Origin: Eubacteriales bacterium
GTDB lineage: Bacteria; Bacillota; Clostridia; Oscillospirales; CAG-272
DNA: 64,000 nucleotides
NCBI GenBank assembly: GCA_045587445.1
Contig: JAZNCH010000069.1
Coordinates: forward strand, 5,466 to 69,465
Direction: 5' to 3'
Shown: one piece after another, positions 27,351 through 36,781 of the stretch
How positions within the stretch are numbered: the stretch's first letter is position 1
How the letters are laid out: every line of letters starts with the position of its first letter
Program-made: the position numbers and the translations under genes
Notes under the pieces: model-generated
Told to the model about the DNA's origin: nothing
The model's database searches: none
Seen by the model: the letters and a program-made list of their open reading frames with translations, nothing else

Positions 27351-27377
27351 AAAAAAGCACCGTTTGGTGCTTTTTTT
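27351..27377. terminator. Bidirectional Rho-independent terminator
   Basis: AAAAAAGCACC-guu-UGGUGCUUUUUUU between convergent genes. Confidence 0.8.
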
Positions 27378-28023
27378 ACTTCATCATATAACCTTTGCCT
27401 CTGATAGTGTAAATCATCTTTACACCGAGGTTATTGTCAAGTTTTTTGCGTAGATAGTTTATATATACGTTATCTGCGTTGTTTTTTGTGTCGTAGTCTT
27501 CTCCCCAAATCGTATCAATAACCTTTTGGCGTGGAACTATATGACCTTTGTTTTTATAGAGAAGCGAGAGCAGAGCAAATTCTTTTGGGGAAAATTTAAT
27601 GCTTCTTCCGTCTACAGTTACATTCTTCGTAAATGGGTCAAGCTCCATATTAACCGCAGATTTCGCGTGATTAACAGTCATTCCAACAGCTCTTTTTACG
27701 TCAAATTTGTCGCCAACAAGCTTTATAAGCTCCGTAACTCTGAACGGCCTTTCAAAAAAGGCTATTACATTTTCAAAATCAATATCTATTGCAGTTTTAC
27801 CGAACACGACAAAAGGAAGTTGAATTTTACTTACAAACGACAAGTCGCTCGAATAGTATTCGGCATCAAATACAACAAGACTTGCAGTATCTGCAATAAG
27901 CTTCAATGCGGGGGAATTGAGTGGTTCGGTAATGCTCTTTACCTTTAGCCCTATCCCGACAAATTCAAGCTCAAGCATACGCACAAATCTTTTATCACAG
28001 CTTATTAAACAAATATCGTTCAT
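27376..28023 (-). CDS. OmpR/PhoB-type winged-helix DNA-binding protein with an atypical receiver-like N-terminal domain
   Basis: The C-terminus carries the Trans_reg_C motif (LSPKEFALLSLLYKNKGHIVPRQKVIDTIWGED..VYINYLRKKL). In the N-terminus CD replaces the acidic DD pair and ERPF replaces the conserved KP. Confidence 0.8.
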   Translation of the reverse strand: MNDICLISCDKRFVRMLELEFVGIGLKVKSITEPLNSPALKLIADTASLVVFDAEYYSSDLSFVSKIQLPFVVFGKTAIDIDFENVIAFFERPFRVTELIKLVGDKFDVKRAVGMTVNHAKSAVNMELDPFTKNVTVDGRSIKFSPKEFALLSLLYKNKGHIVPRQKVIDTIWGEDYDTKNNADNVYINYLRKKLDNNLGVKMIYTIRGKGYMMK

Positions 28024-28799
28024 TTCTTGGTTTCCAAATTAAATTGTCTCCAACGAGTGTCAAGCCACTTTGCAGTAGCCCACATTACGCTATATCCTGC
28101 AACGGTTTTAATAAGCCAGCTTACGTAGGGGGTAATGAGATATACAATTTCTGTAGAGTTGAGGTCGCTTGCGCCGTATGATACTACGTCAACAATTGTA
28201 TCGATTATGCATGACGAAAGGAGAAATGCCGATATGAGTACAACTATCCAAGCAGATATGGCAATAAGGGGATTCTTTGCAGAAAAGAAAGCTTTTACCG
28301 TAATATTGGTGTTGTTTTCATCAAGATATTTGGAGCGCAGAAAACAAGCGAGGAAGAGTGCGCCGACAAGAAGCATAACGTCTACAACGGCATTAGTTAA
28401 GCAAGTAACCAAGTTGCCTACAAAAGATGCGGCGAGATTTTCCGTGACGATAGCACCTATTACGAGATAAGACGAATAAATGATAGCAATTCTCAAAAAG
28501 CAGAAGCCGATAATTTTTTTGCTTTTCTCATAGCCGAACCGAATAATCGAATTAAGCAAAACGGCATAGACAAAAAACAAACCGACGAGATTCAGAGCGG
28601 TTATAAATCCGCCTAAAAAGTTAGCTACGCCCACAAGGAGTATATCGCCCGATATAAACGACAAAATCAGCGAAAGAACAAAGTTGCTTATCAAAGGGAG
28701 TATAACGCAGCCGATAAGCGAAAGCAAATTCAAATGCTTCGTAAATAAAGACACAGCGTTATTTCCTACGGGGGTAACTCTTTTTTTATTAACAGCCAT
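28020..28799 (-). CDS. Polytopic membrane protein of unknown function (about 6 TM)
   Basis: Hydrophobic helices run throughout. Its stop overlaps the start of the downstream regulator by 4 nt (ATGA-type coupling). Confidence 0.6.
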   Translation of the reverse strand: MAVNKKRVTPVGNNAVSLFTKHLNLLSLIGCVILPLISNFVLSLILSFISGDILLVGVANFLGGFITALNLVGLFFVYAVLLNSIIRFGYEKSKKIIGFCFLRIAIIYSSYLVIGAIVTENLAASFVGNLVTCLTNAVVDVMLLVGALFLACFLRSKYLDENNTNITVKAFFSAKNPLIAISAWIVVLISAFLLSSCIIDTIVDVVSYGASDLNSTEIVYLITPYVSWLIKTVAGYSVMWATAKWLDTRWRQFNLETKK

Positions 28800-28815
28800 A
28801 GTAAATACCTCTTTT

Positions 28816-29736
28816 TTATTTTATTTCGTTCAAATCGTAAGGTGTAAGCTGATATACACAGTAGTTAAGCCAATTCGCAAAGAGCAGGTGAGCGTGACCT
28901 CTCCAAGTGTTTAACGGTTTTTTAGTGGGGTCATCATTGGGGAAGTAGTTGTAGGGAACTTGAATATCAATTCCCTTGTTTACGTCTCTGAAATATTCTT
29001 TTGAAAGAGTGTCGTAGTCATATTCAAGATGACCTGTTGCAAAGAATCTTCTCATAGACTTGTCGGCAATGAGGAAGAGTCCCGATTTGTCCGACTCTGC
29101 TAGAACTTCGAGGTTTTTATTGTTGCGTACAAGCTCTGCATCAATATCGGTATGTCTTGAATGAGGCGCGTTAAATACCTCATCGAAACCGCGAAGCAAA
29201 GGATGCGAGGGATTGTTTATCGTATGAGGGAATATGCCAAACATTTTTTGGGGTAATGGATGCTTCGGAATACCGTAATGGTAGTACAGTGCTGCCTGTG
29301 CCGCCCAACATATATGAAGAGTGGAATAAACGTGTGTTTTTGACCATTCCATTATCTTACAAAGCTCATCCCAATATCCTACCTCGGAAAAATCGAGTAT
29401 TTCAACCGGTGCACCTGTTATTATAAGTCCGTCAAACTTCTCGTTCATAACATCTGCGCAGCTTGTGTAGAAATGGTGCATATGTTCCTCGGAAGTGTGC
29501 TTTGGCTTGTGAGCCGTCGAAGGATAGAGAAGAGTAAGCTCTACCTGCAAAGACGTATTGGAAAGCAGTCTTATAAGCTGTGTTTCGGTAACTATCTTTG
29601 TAGGCATAAGATTGAGTATGGCTATTTTAAGAGGACGGATATCCTGGTGAATAGCGCGGTTTTCGTCCATAACGAATATATTTTCATTTTCAAGGATTTC
29701 TATTGCGGGAAGTCCCGATTGCACCTTGATTGGCAT
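28816..29736 (-). CDS. metA: Homoserine O-acyltransferase (MetA family)
   Basis: [53 protein letters not shown] is diagnostic of MetA. Confidence 0.95.
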   Translation of the reverse strand: MPIKVQSGLPAIEILENENIFVMDENRAIHQDIRPLKIAILNLMPTKIVTETQLIRLLSNTSLQVELTLLYPSTAHKPKHTSEEHMHHFYTSCADVMNEKFDGLIITGAPVEILDFSEVGYWDELCKIMEWSKTHVYSTLHICWAAQAALYYHYGIPKHPLPQKMFGIFPHTINNPSHPLLRGFDEVFNAPHSRHTDIDAELVRNNKNLEVLAESDKSGLFLIADKSMRRFFATGHLEYDYDTLSKEYFRDVNKGIDIQVPYNYFPNDDPTKKPLNTWRGHAHLLFANWLNYCVYQLTPYDLNEIK

Positions 29737-29824
29737 AATATCACCTCTTTGAGTAAAAGATTTGCTATTAAACCATTATATCAGTATTTTTCAACTATAT
29801 CAAGAGTTTTCTTGAAAATAAATG

Positions 29825-29985
29825 TGTAACGATTAGTCAGGGCATCGCCCTGAAACCTGACAAAAGCCCTCTCAGTCGCCGTTCAGCGACAGCTCCCCCA
29901 ATGGTAAGGCTTTGGATTCGCACAAACCAGAGAGGTAAAGTTTTTGAAGGGATGGAAACTTTTTATCAAAAAGTTTCCATAGAAA
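29825..29985. repeat. Intergenic palindromic repeat modules (family member)
   Basis: AGTC-AGGGCatcGCCCT-GAAACCTGACAA (29835-29864), GTCGCcgttcaGCGAC, CGCACAAACCAGAGAGGTAAAGTTTTTGAAG, and the palindrome GGAAACTTTTTATCAAAAAGTTTCC (29953-29977). Confidence 0.8.
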
Positions 29986-30017
29986 AAATCCCGAGAGATT
30001 TTTAAGTCTCTCGGGAT
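29983..30017 (-). terminator. Rho-independent terminator of the E1 gene
   Basis: On the minus strand: AUCCCGAGAGAcuuaaaaaUCUCUCGGGAU followed by UUUUUU. Confidence 0.8.
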
Positions 30018-30046
30018 AAGTTTTTGTTTTATCTTAAATATTAAGA

Positions 30047-32530
30047 TTAAACACCCTTCTTATATCTTTCGATCTTTTCTACATCGCTGAAGTTATGCTT
30101 TGCAACATAGCCGGGGATAGGCATAATCTTTTCGTGAATGCAGTCAATAATTGTATCGGGATAGGGGAAGAATGCTGTTTCGAGCTCATGCGCGGGAGTG
30201 ATCCAGTTACGTGAACCGAGAGCAATTGCGGGAGCATCGAGGTAATCAAATGCGAGTTCGGAGATATTAGCAGCCATATCTTTCATAATAGAGCCGCGTT
30301 CTACAGCGTCGCCGACGATAACGATCTTACCTGTCTTCTTAACAGATTCGATAACCTTTGTGTAATCGAAAGGAACGATTGAACGTGTATCGATAACTTC
30401 TGCAGAAATACCGTACTTTTCTTCGAGAATCTTTGCAGCCTCGAGTGCGCGGTAAAGAACTGCACCGATAGTAAGAATTGTGATGTCCTTACCTTCTTTC
30501 TTAACGTCGGGATCGCCCATTGTGATTTCATAAGTGCCTTCGGGAACGCCGTCTGCGAGGAATTCTTCGCCCTTGTCGTAAATTCTCTGCGATTCAAAGA
30601 ATACAACGGGGTCAGTTCCTTCGAGAGCTGCAGTCATAAGACCCTTAGCATCTGCGGGAGTAGAGGGGAATACAACCTTAAGACCGGGAATGTGAGCAGC
30701 GAGAGCTGTCCAGTCCTGAGAGTGCTGTGCACCGTACTTCGAACCAACGGAAACACGGAGAACGATAGGCATCTTGAGGATACCTGCAGACATTGACTGC
30801 CACTTAGCCATCTGGTTAAAGATTTCGTCGCCTGCGCAACCCATAAAGTCAGCGTACATAAGTTCAACGATAGCACGGCCGCCGCACATTGCGTAACCAA
30901 CTGCCGAACCAACGATTGCAGACTCGGAAATGGGGGCGTTGAAGAATCTGTGATAAGGAATAGCTTCGGTCATCTTCTTGTATACACCGAACGCACCGCC
31001 CCAGTCTCTGTTATCTTCACCGTAAGCGATGAGAGTGGGATCGTCATAGAACTTGTCGATAATCGGCTCAGCGAGACCGTCTCTGATGTTGTACATCTTC
31101 ATCTTGGAAACGGGTTTGCCGTTTGCGTCTTTAGCGGTACGGATCTTACCCTTAATTTCCTTAACACGAGGACATTCTTCCTTGGGAACAAGCATTTCTG
31201 CTTCTCTTGAAGGATCCATGCTCTTAACCTTTTCGTTAGAGAACATAATGGAAGAAATAGCTTCGGGGTTCTTTGTAAGGTCCATACGAGGAGAAATTTC
31301 ATCGTTGATAGCGAGCTTCATGATAGCTGTCATACGGTTGATGATGTCTTCATCAATAGCTGCAAATTCAGCTTCTGTAGCAACCTTGCCCTTAATCATC
31401 TTAGCTTTGTAAGCTGCGATAGGATCTGCTGCAATCCATGCGTCGATTTCTTCCTGAGTTCTGTATGTTGAAGAGTCGGAAGGAGAGTGGCCGGAAACAC
31501 GGTATGTTACAACGTCGAGGAGTGCGGGACCCTTACCTGCGAGAAGGAGCTCTTTCTTTCTGGAAACAGCGTCAATAACTGCGAAAGGATCATAACCGTT
31601 TACTCTTTCAGCGTGCATCATATCGGGGTTGAAGCCTGCACCAAGACGTGCAGCCATATCGTAACCCATTGTTTCGCCTCTGGTCTGACCGCCCATACCA
31701 TAGCTATTGTTGAATACGTTGAAGAGGATGGGGAGTCCACCGTCGGGATACTTGCCGTCCATACCCCAGAGCTTTGTAATCTGGTCCATAGAAGCAAAGT
31801 TGAAGGATTCGAGAACGGGACCACGTCCGAGAGCACCGTCGCCGGAGTTAGCGATAACGATACCGGGCTTGTGGTTAGCTCTCTTATAAAGAGCAGCACC
31901 GAGAGCGATAGGTCCGGAACCACCAACGATAGCGTTGTTAGGCATAAGACCGAAAGGAATGAAGAATGCGTGCATAGAACCGCCGAGACCCTTATTAAAG
32001 CCTGTTGTTCTTGCGAAGATTTCAGCCAATGCACCGTAAAGAATAAAGTTCTTTGCAAGTTCCTTTATATCGGAAGTGGGCATGTGCTTTTCAACGATAG
32101 AGAGAAGTGTACCGCCAAGGAATTCCTTCATAATGTCGTAAACTTCTTTTTCATCGAGCTTGTGAATAGAAGACAAGCTCTTTGCAATGATTTCGCCGTG
32201 GCTTCTGTGAGAACCGAAGGAGAAGTCATTCATATCGAGTGCGTAAGCTTCACCAACTGCGGATGCTTCCTGACCGATGGAAAGGTGAGCAGGTCCGGGG
32301 TTGTTGTACTCAACGCCGTTGTATGCAGACTTTGTCTTAACTTCGTTAAGCATTGTCTCAAATTCACGAATAACGCGCATATCGTGATAAATACGCATCA
32401 TATCGTCTTTAGTGTAGATTTTCTTTTCTTCTGCGAGTGTTTTCTTGTACTGGCAGACGGGAATGTCCTTGAAGCTGATAAATCCGGGTTCAAAGACTTT
32501 CTTAGGGTCGACATATTGACTCTTAGGCAT
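30047..32530 (-). CDS. 2-oxoacid dehydrogenase E1 component, fused alpha+beta subunits (TPP-dependent)
   Basis: The N-terminal half has the E1-alpha TPP motif (GDGALGRGP..NNSYGMGG). The C-terminal half has the E1-beta pyrimidine-binding/transketolase-like region (FNAPISESAIVGSAVGYAMCGGRAIVELMYADF). Total length is 827 aa. Confidence 0.9.
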   Translation of the reverse strand: MPKSQYVDPKKVFEPGFISFKDIPVCQYKKTLAEEKKIYTKDDMMRIYHDMRVIREFETMLNEVKTKSAYNGVEYNNPGPAHLSIGQEASAVGEAYALDMNDFSFGSHRSHGEIIAKSLSSIHKLDEKEVYDIMKEFLGGTLLSIVEKHMPTSDIKELAKNFILYGALAEIFARTTGFNKGLGGSMHAFFIPFGLMPNNAIVGGSGPIALGAALYKRANHKPGIVIANSGDGALGRGPVLESFNFASMDQITKLWGMDGKYPDGGLPILFNVFNNSYGMGGQTRGETMGYDMAARLGAGFNPDMMHAERVNGYDPFAVIDAVSRKKELLLAGKGPALLDVVTYRVSGHSPSDSSTYRTQEEIDAWIAADPIAAYKAKMIKGKVATEAEFAAIDEDIINRMTAIMKLAINDEISPRMDLTKNPEAISSIMFSNEKVKSMDPSREAEMLVPKEECPRVKEIKGKIRTAKDANGKPVSKMKMYNIRDGLAEPIIDKFYDDPTLIAYGEDNRDWGGAFGVYKKMTEAIPYHRFFNAPISESAIVGSAVGYAMCGGRAIVELMYADFMGCAGDEIFNQMAKWQSMSAGILKMPIVLRVSVGSKYGAQHSQDWTALAAHIPGLKVVFPSTPADAKGLMTAALEGTDPVVFFESQRIYDKGEEFLADGVPEGTYEITMGDPDVKKEGKDITILTIGAVLYRALEAAKILEEKYGISAEVIDTRSIVPFDYTKVIESVKKTGKIVIVGDAVERGSIMKDMAANISELAFDYLDAPAIALGSRNWITPAHELETAFFPYPDTIIDCIHEKIMPIPGYVAKHNFSDVEKIERYKKGV

Positions 32531-32559
32531 AGTTTTTATCTCCTTTTTAGATTTTATAT

Positions 32560-32712
32560 TAATTTTAAATTTTTCTTGTTTTCGGGAGGGGAAACCCCTC
32601 CCCTACAAATTACTACACAATTTAAGTAAAGTTTTTGAAGATTTTTAAGAAACTTTTTTCAAAAAGTTTCTTAAAGCAGGGTTCGGGGCAGCAGCCCCGA
32701 CTGCCTGTAACT
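32560..32712. repeat. Intergenic palindromic repeat modules inserted between the E3 and E1 genes
   Basis: GGGAGGGGaaaCCCCTCCCCTACAAAT, GTAAAGTTTTTGAAG, the palindrome AGAAACTTTTTTCAAAAAGTTTCT (32648-32671), and CAGGGTTC-GGGGCagcaGCCCC-GACTGCCTGT (32677-32708), which is the inverse of 14735-14765. Confidence 0.85.
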
Positions 32713-32714
32713 TC

Positions 32715-34076
32715 TTATATCTGGAAGAGACCTTCTCTGATAACTTCGCAAACTGTAGGATGCGGGAATACCATCTTATGAACGTCTTCGACACGCATTT
32801 CGTTTTCTACCATCATAGCAGCACCGTAAATAATCTCGGAAGCATAAGTACCTATCATATGAACGCCGAGGATAGTGCGGTGGTTCTTGTCGATGATAAT
32901 CTTAACGATACCGTCGCCGCCTTCGTTTTCAGCAATATATCTACCGGAATAACGGAGAGTATAGCTTTCAACCTTTGCATCAAGACCCTTAGCCTTAACA
33001 GTTTCGGATGTTTCACCTACACTTGCAACTTCGGGGTTGGTGTAAATAACAGCGGGGATAGCGTTGTAGTTAACCTTGTCTTTCTTGCCGAGAATATTGT
33101 TTATGCAAACTTCGCCTTCGCGGTAAGCTGTATGAGCGAGCATTGACTTGCCGTTTATATCTCCTGCAGCCCAAACGCCGGGAACGTTAGTTTTGCCGTC
33201 TTCGCCTGTAACGATAGCACCTCTTTCGGTAAGAACGCCAATGTTTTCAAGTCCGAGACCTGCAGTAGAGGGGCGTCTGCCGATAGAAACGAGAACGCAG
33301 TCAGCCTTAACTGTCTTAGCTTCGCCGTTTATTTCATAGTTAACGCAGTCAGCACCTACTGAAGTAACCTTTGCGGAAAGGAGGAATTCAACGCCTTTCT
33401 TCTTATAATTCTTAAGAAGAAGAGCTGATATTTCGCCGTCTGTAGGACCTGCGATGTGATCGAGCATTTCGATAACCTTAACGTTTGAACCGATAGAGTT
33501 GAAGTAACTTGCCATTTCAAGACCGATAACACCGCCGCCGATTACTACAAGTTCCTTCGGAACTGTAGTCATATCGAGAATCTCGCGGTTAGTTTTTGCA
33601 AAACCGGAAGCAACTGCTTCTCTAAGACCGGGAATGGGGGGAACTGCAGCTTCAGAACCTGCACAGATGAGAAGCTGTTTACCTGTGTATTCCTTGTCGC
33701 CTGCCTTAACAACAAAGCCTTCGGCATTTTTTTCTTTTATTTCTGCAAGTTCTTTTACAACTTCAACGCCTGCTCTCTTCATAGTACCTTCGATACCGGA
33801 AACGAGAGTCTTTACAACCTTGCCTTTTCTTTCAACAACTTTTGCGTGGTCGATAGATGCACCGTCAAACTTAACGCCGTAAGCATCACTGTGCTTTGCG
33901 TAATCGTAAATCTTTGCAGAGTAGAGGAGTGTTTTTGTGGGGATACAACCCTCGTTGAGACAAACACCGCCCATTGCGCGTTTTTCTATAACGAGTGTTT
34001 TAAGACCGCCGTGAGCGGCTTTTTCGGCTGCGTTATAACCTGCGGGTCCGCCACCGATTACAATAAGATCGTACAT
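32715..34076 (-). CDS. lpd: Dihydrolipoyl dehydrogenase (E3)
   Basis: MYDLIVIGGGPAGY..GGVCLNEGCIPTK redox-active disulfide, a second GGGVIGLE NAD site, and the C-terminal HPT motif. Confidence 0.95.
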   Translation of the reverse strand: MYDLIVIGGGPAGYNAAEKAAHGGLKTLVIEKRAMGGVCLNEGCIPTKTLLYSAKIYDYAKHSDAYGVKFDGASIDHAKVVERKGKVVKTLVSGIEGTMKRAGVEVVKELAEIKEKNAEGFVVKAGDKEYTGKQLLICAGSEAAVPPIPGLREAVASGFAKTNREILDMTTVPKELVVIGGGVIGLEMASYFNSIGSNVKVIEMLDHIAGPTDGEISALLLKNYKKKGVEFLLSAKVTSVGADCVNYEINGEAKTVKADCVLVSIGRRPSTAGLGLENIGVLTERGAIVTGEDGKTNVPGVWAAGDINGKSMLAHTAYREGEVCINNILGKKDKVNYNAIPAVIYTNPEVASVGETSETVKAKGLDAKVESYTLRYSGRYIAENEGGDGIVKIIIDKNHRTILGVHMIGTYASEIIYGAAMMVENEMRVEDVHKMVFPHPTVCEVIREGLFQI

Positions 34077-34107
34077 TTATAATACTTCCTTTCTTATATA
34101 GGATAAC

Positions 34108-35418
34108 TTATTTAGCCATAAGAAGGTTAAAGTTTTCGAGGTTTGTGCAAAGTTCTTTGAGGAATCTTGCAGCGGGAGCTCCGTCAAGTGCTCTGTGGTC
34201 GAACGTGAGTGAAAGACCCATAGCGTCGTAGAATACGTCCTGACCGTTTACCTGTTTTACGCGGCGGGTAATGTTACATACGCCGAGGATACAAGTCTGG
34301 GGTGGATTGATAACGGGAGTGAAGCTTTCAACGCCCATAGCTCCGAGGTTGGTAACTGTAAATGTACCGCCGGAAAGGAGGTCGGGGCTGATAGAACCGC
34401 CCTGAGCAGCCTTGATAACTGTCTTAGCGTTTGCGGAAAGCTCGTTAAGGCTCATCTTGTCAGCGTTGAATACTGTAGGAACGAGGAGACCTCTTTCTGT
34501 GTCAACAGCGATACCGAGGTTAACGTTGTTAAAGAATCTCATCTTATCGCCGAGGAAGTGAGCGTTGCAATCTTTGTGGTTCTTCAATGTCTTTGCAACT
34601 GCAAAGAGTACCATATCGTTGAATGTGATATTGTTAAGCCCCATAGCTTCTGCATTCTTTTTAAGAAGCGCACGGTATTCCATAAGCTGTGTTGCATCGA
34701 AAGAAGCGTTGAGTGTAAGCTGAGCCATAGAAGAAAGGGACTCGTGCATAGACTTTGCAATAACCTTTCTTACGTTGGAAAGCTTCACGTCTTCGTACTC
34801 TGCAACAGGAGCGGCGGGAGCAACTGCGGTAGCAGGAGCTTCTGCAGCTTTTGCGGAAGGAGCAACACCTGTCTTCATAAATGTTTCATATTGTTCGGGT
34901 GTAAGTCTCTGACCGTTGTCGAGGAGTCTGTTTACGTCTCTTTCAATGATTCTGCCGTTGGGGCCTGTAGGAGTAGCCTGAGAAAGATCTGCGTAAGTCT
35001 TGTTTGCAAGATTCTTCGCGCGGGGGCTGATTTTCATCATGCCGTCTTTGTCAGCACTTTCGGTTGCAACAACAAATTCTTCTTTCTTAGCTTCTTCTTT
35101 CTTTTCTTCTGCGGGAGCAGCAGCTTCAGCAGGTGCAGCTTCAGCAGTAGCCTTAGGCATAAGAGCGCTTATATCTTCGCCTTCGTTACCGATAATGCAT
35201 ACGGGGTCAAGGCAAGGAACGTCATCGCCTTCTTCTGCAAAAACTTCGAGAAGAGTACCTGAAACTGTTGCGGGCTCATCAAAAGATGATTTGTCTGTTT
35301 CGTAAGAGAATAGTACGTCGCCTTCAGCAATCGCATCTCCCTTTTTCTTTTTCCATTCGGTAATGACGCAGCTTTCGACGGATTGTCCTTGGCGCGGCAT
35401 TATAACTAATGTTGCCAT
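34108..35418 (-). CDS. Dihydrolipoamide acyltransferase (E2) with one lipoyl domain
   Basis: Lipoyl-lysine context SYETDKSSFD, Ala/Pro/Glu linkers, a PSBD (ISPRAKNLA), and the catalytic DHRALDGA motif. Confidence 0.95.
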   Translation of the reverse strand: MATLVIMPRQGQSVESCVITEWKKKKGDAIAEGDVLFSYETDKSSFDEPATVSGTLLEVFAEEGDDVPCLDPVCIIGNEGEDISALMPKATAEAAPAEAAAPAEEKKEEAKKEEFVVATESADKDGMMKISPRAKNLANKTYADLSQATPTGPNGRIIERDVNRLLDNGQRLTPEQYETFMKTGVAPSAKAAEAPATAVAPAAPVAEYEDVKLSNVRKVIAKSMHESLSSMAQLTLNASFDATQLMEYRALLKKNAEAMGLNNITFNDMVLFAVAKTLKNHKDCNAHFLGDKMRFFNNVNLGIAVDTERGLLVPTVFNADKMSLNELSANAKTVIKAAQGGSISPDLLSGGTFTVTNLGAMGVESFTPVINPPQTCILGVCNITRRVKQVNGQDVFYDAMGLSLTFDHRALDGAPAARFLKELCTNLENFNLLMAK

Positions 35419-35457
35419 AAGTTTTTACCTCCAAAATATTTTATATGTTAATTAATT

Positions 35458-36222
35458 TTATGCTCGAATTATTTGTACGTCGTTTTTTGCGGCAATTTTT
35501 TCGATGTCTATAGGAAGGTTGCCGTTTGTAATAATCGCGGAAACGTTTTCCAAAGCGCAGAACGTATATGGCAAACTCTTGTCAAGTTTTGACGTGTCAA
35601 GGAGAACAATAATCTTTCTTGCCTTTTCAACTATCATCTTTTTCAATTCACATTCGCTGTAGTTACCGCAAGTAAGTCCCGTTTGCGCGTCTGCTCCCGA
35701 AGGGACAATAAACGCAATGTCGATATTAATATCTTCAAGGAAACGCAAAGCCTGTGTTCCCGAAACGGATATGTTATCTCTGTTGAGCATACCGCCTACG
35801 AGATTAACCAAGGTTTGCTTTTTGTTGAGTAACTCAATAGCGATATTGGGACCGGTAGTTGTTATGGTGAGTCTTTCTTCCGGAAGAAGAGCCGCCATTT
35901 TCATCATTGTTGTACCTGAGTCAAGGAATATGGAACGTCCCGTTTCAAGCAACTCGACAGCTTTTTTTGCAAGAGCCTCTTTTGCGGGAATGTTCTTTTG
36001 CATACGGCTGGGAAATTCCTCTTCCATAGAAGTGGTAATAAATTTCATGGAACGAGCACCGCCTCTGACTTTTATTGCCTCTCCCTGTTGTTCAAAATAG
36101 TCTATGTCGCGTCTGATTGTCATACTTGAAACGTCGGGAAAAAGCTCTATAAGCTCTTTTAAAGAAACAAAAGGCTTCGAATAAAGCATATCTTTAATCG
36201 TTTTTCTTCTTTCGGAATGCAT
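35458..36222 (-). CDS. DeoR/GlpR family transcriptional regulator
   Basis: N-terminal HTH (VSLKELIELFPDVSSMTIRRDIDYFEQQG) plus a DeoR C-terminal sensor domain. It lies 39 nt upstream of E2 on the same strand. Confidence 0.9.
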   Translation of the reverse strand: MHSERRKTIKDMLYSKPFVSLKELIELFPDVSSMTIRRDIDYFEQQGEAIKVRGGARSMKFITTSMEEEFPSRMQKNIPAKEALAKKAVELLETGRSIFLDSGTTMMKMAALLPEERLTITTTGPNIAIELLNKKQTLVNLVGGMLNRDNISVSGTQALRFLEDINIDIAFIVPSGADAQTGLTCGNYSECELKKMIVEKARKIIVLLDTSKLDKSLPYTFCALENVSAIITNGNLPIDIEKIAAKNDVQIIRA

Positions 36223-36745
36223 AGTATGTATTCTCCCTTTATCTTTTTATGAATTATGAGAAAAATTCACATCGAAGATGTTATTTTTAACATTTCGCTA
36301 TTCTAATTATATTAGAAAGTTTTCAAAATGTCAACATGATTATTGCAAAAAAACATTATTACAACTATTTTATTGCATATTTGTATCAATTTTTTTGGAG
36401 AATGTTAAAAATATACATTAGTTTAACAGTTAAATGCTGTAATAAGGGAGTTTTGGAATAGAATTTTTCTTTGTTGTTTGCATGCCGGTTAGTATAAGCT
36501 TTATGGTTTCACTTAACTTTGATATAGCGGCAGCATTTGAGTTGAAAGACTGATACGGCTAAACGTATATGATTTTGGTTCTGCCGAGCACTTCGAAGTG
36601 AAGAATATAGTAGTTCGTTTTGGGTATATCGCATTACCTCATTATTAAAAATCTCCAAAACAATTATACCATATAATATGTAAAAATTAAAAGGGGTTTT
36701 CGATAAAAATACATAAGTAACTATGAAAAATATTTATGAAAACAC

Positions 36746-36781
36746 AAAAAAGCAGTCGCTTTTTTCGAGTAACTGCTTTTA
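36746..36781. terminator. Probable terminator downstream of the carboxypeptidase gene
   Basis: AAAAGCAGU-15 nt-ACUGCUUUU, with a symmetric A/U-rich stem. Confidence 0.45.

Noticed and set aside
29737-29830. SAM riboswitch or Met T-box upstream of metA
   Set aside because: Only ~90 nt of AT-rich sequence lies before the repeat modules begin. This is too short and it has no conserved riboswitch motifs.
31487-32629. 380-aa ORF on the plus strand
   Set aside because: It lies entirely antisense to the strongly supported E1 alpha-beta gene. The translation is low-complexity (Cys/Val/Phe-rich) with no motifs or RBS. This is a typical shadow ORF.
34558-35305. 234-aa and 101-aa plus-strand ORFs
   Set aside because: They are antisense to the E2 acyltransferase gene. 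The translations are repetitive Ser/Phe/Cys strings that mirror the Ala/Glu/Lys linkers of E2.
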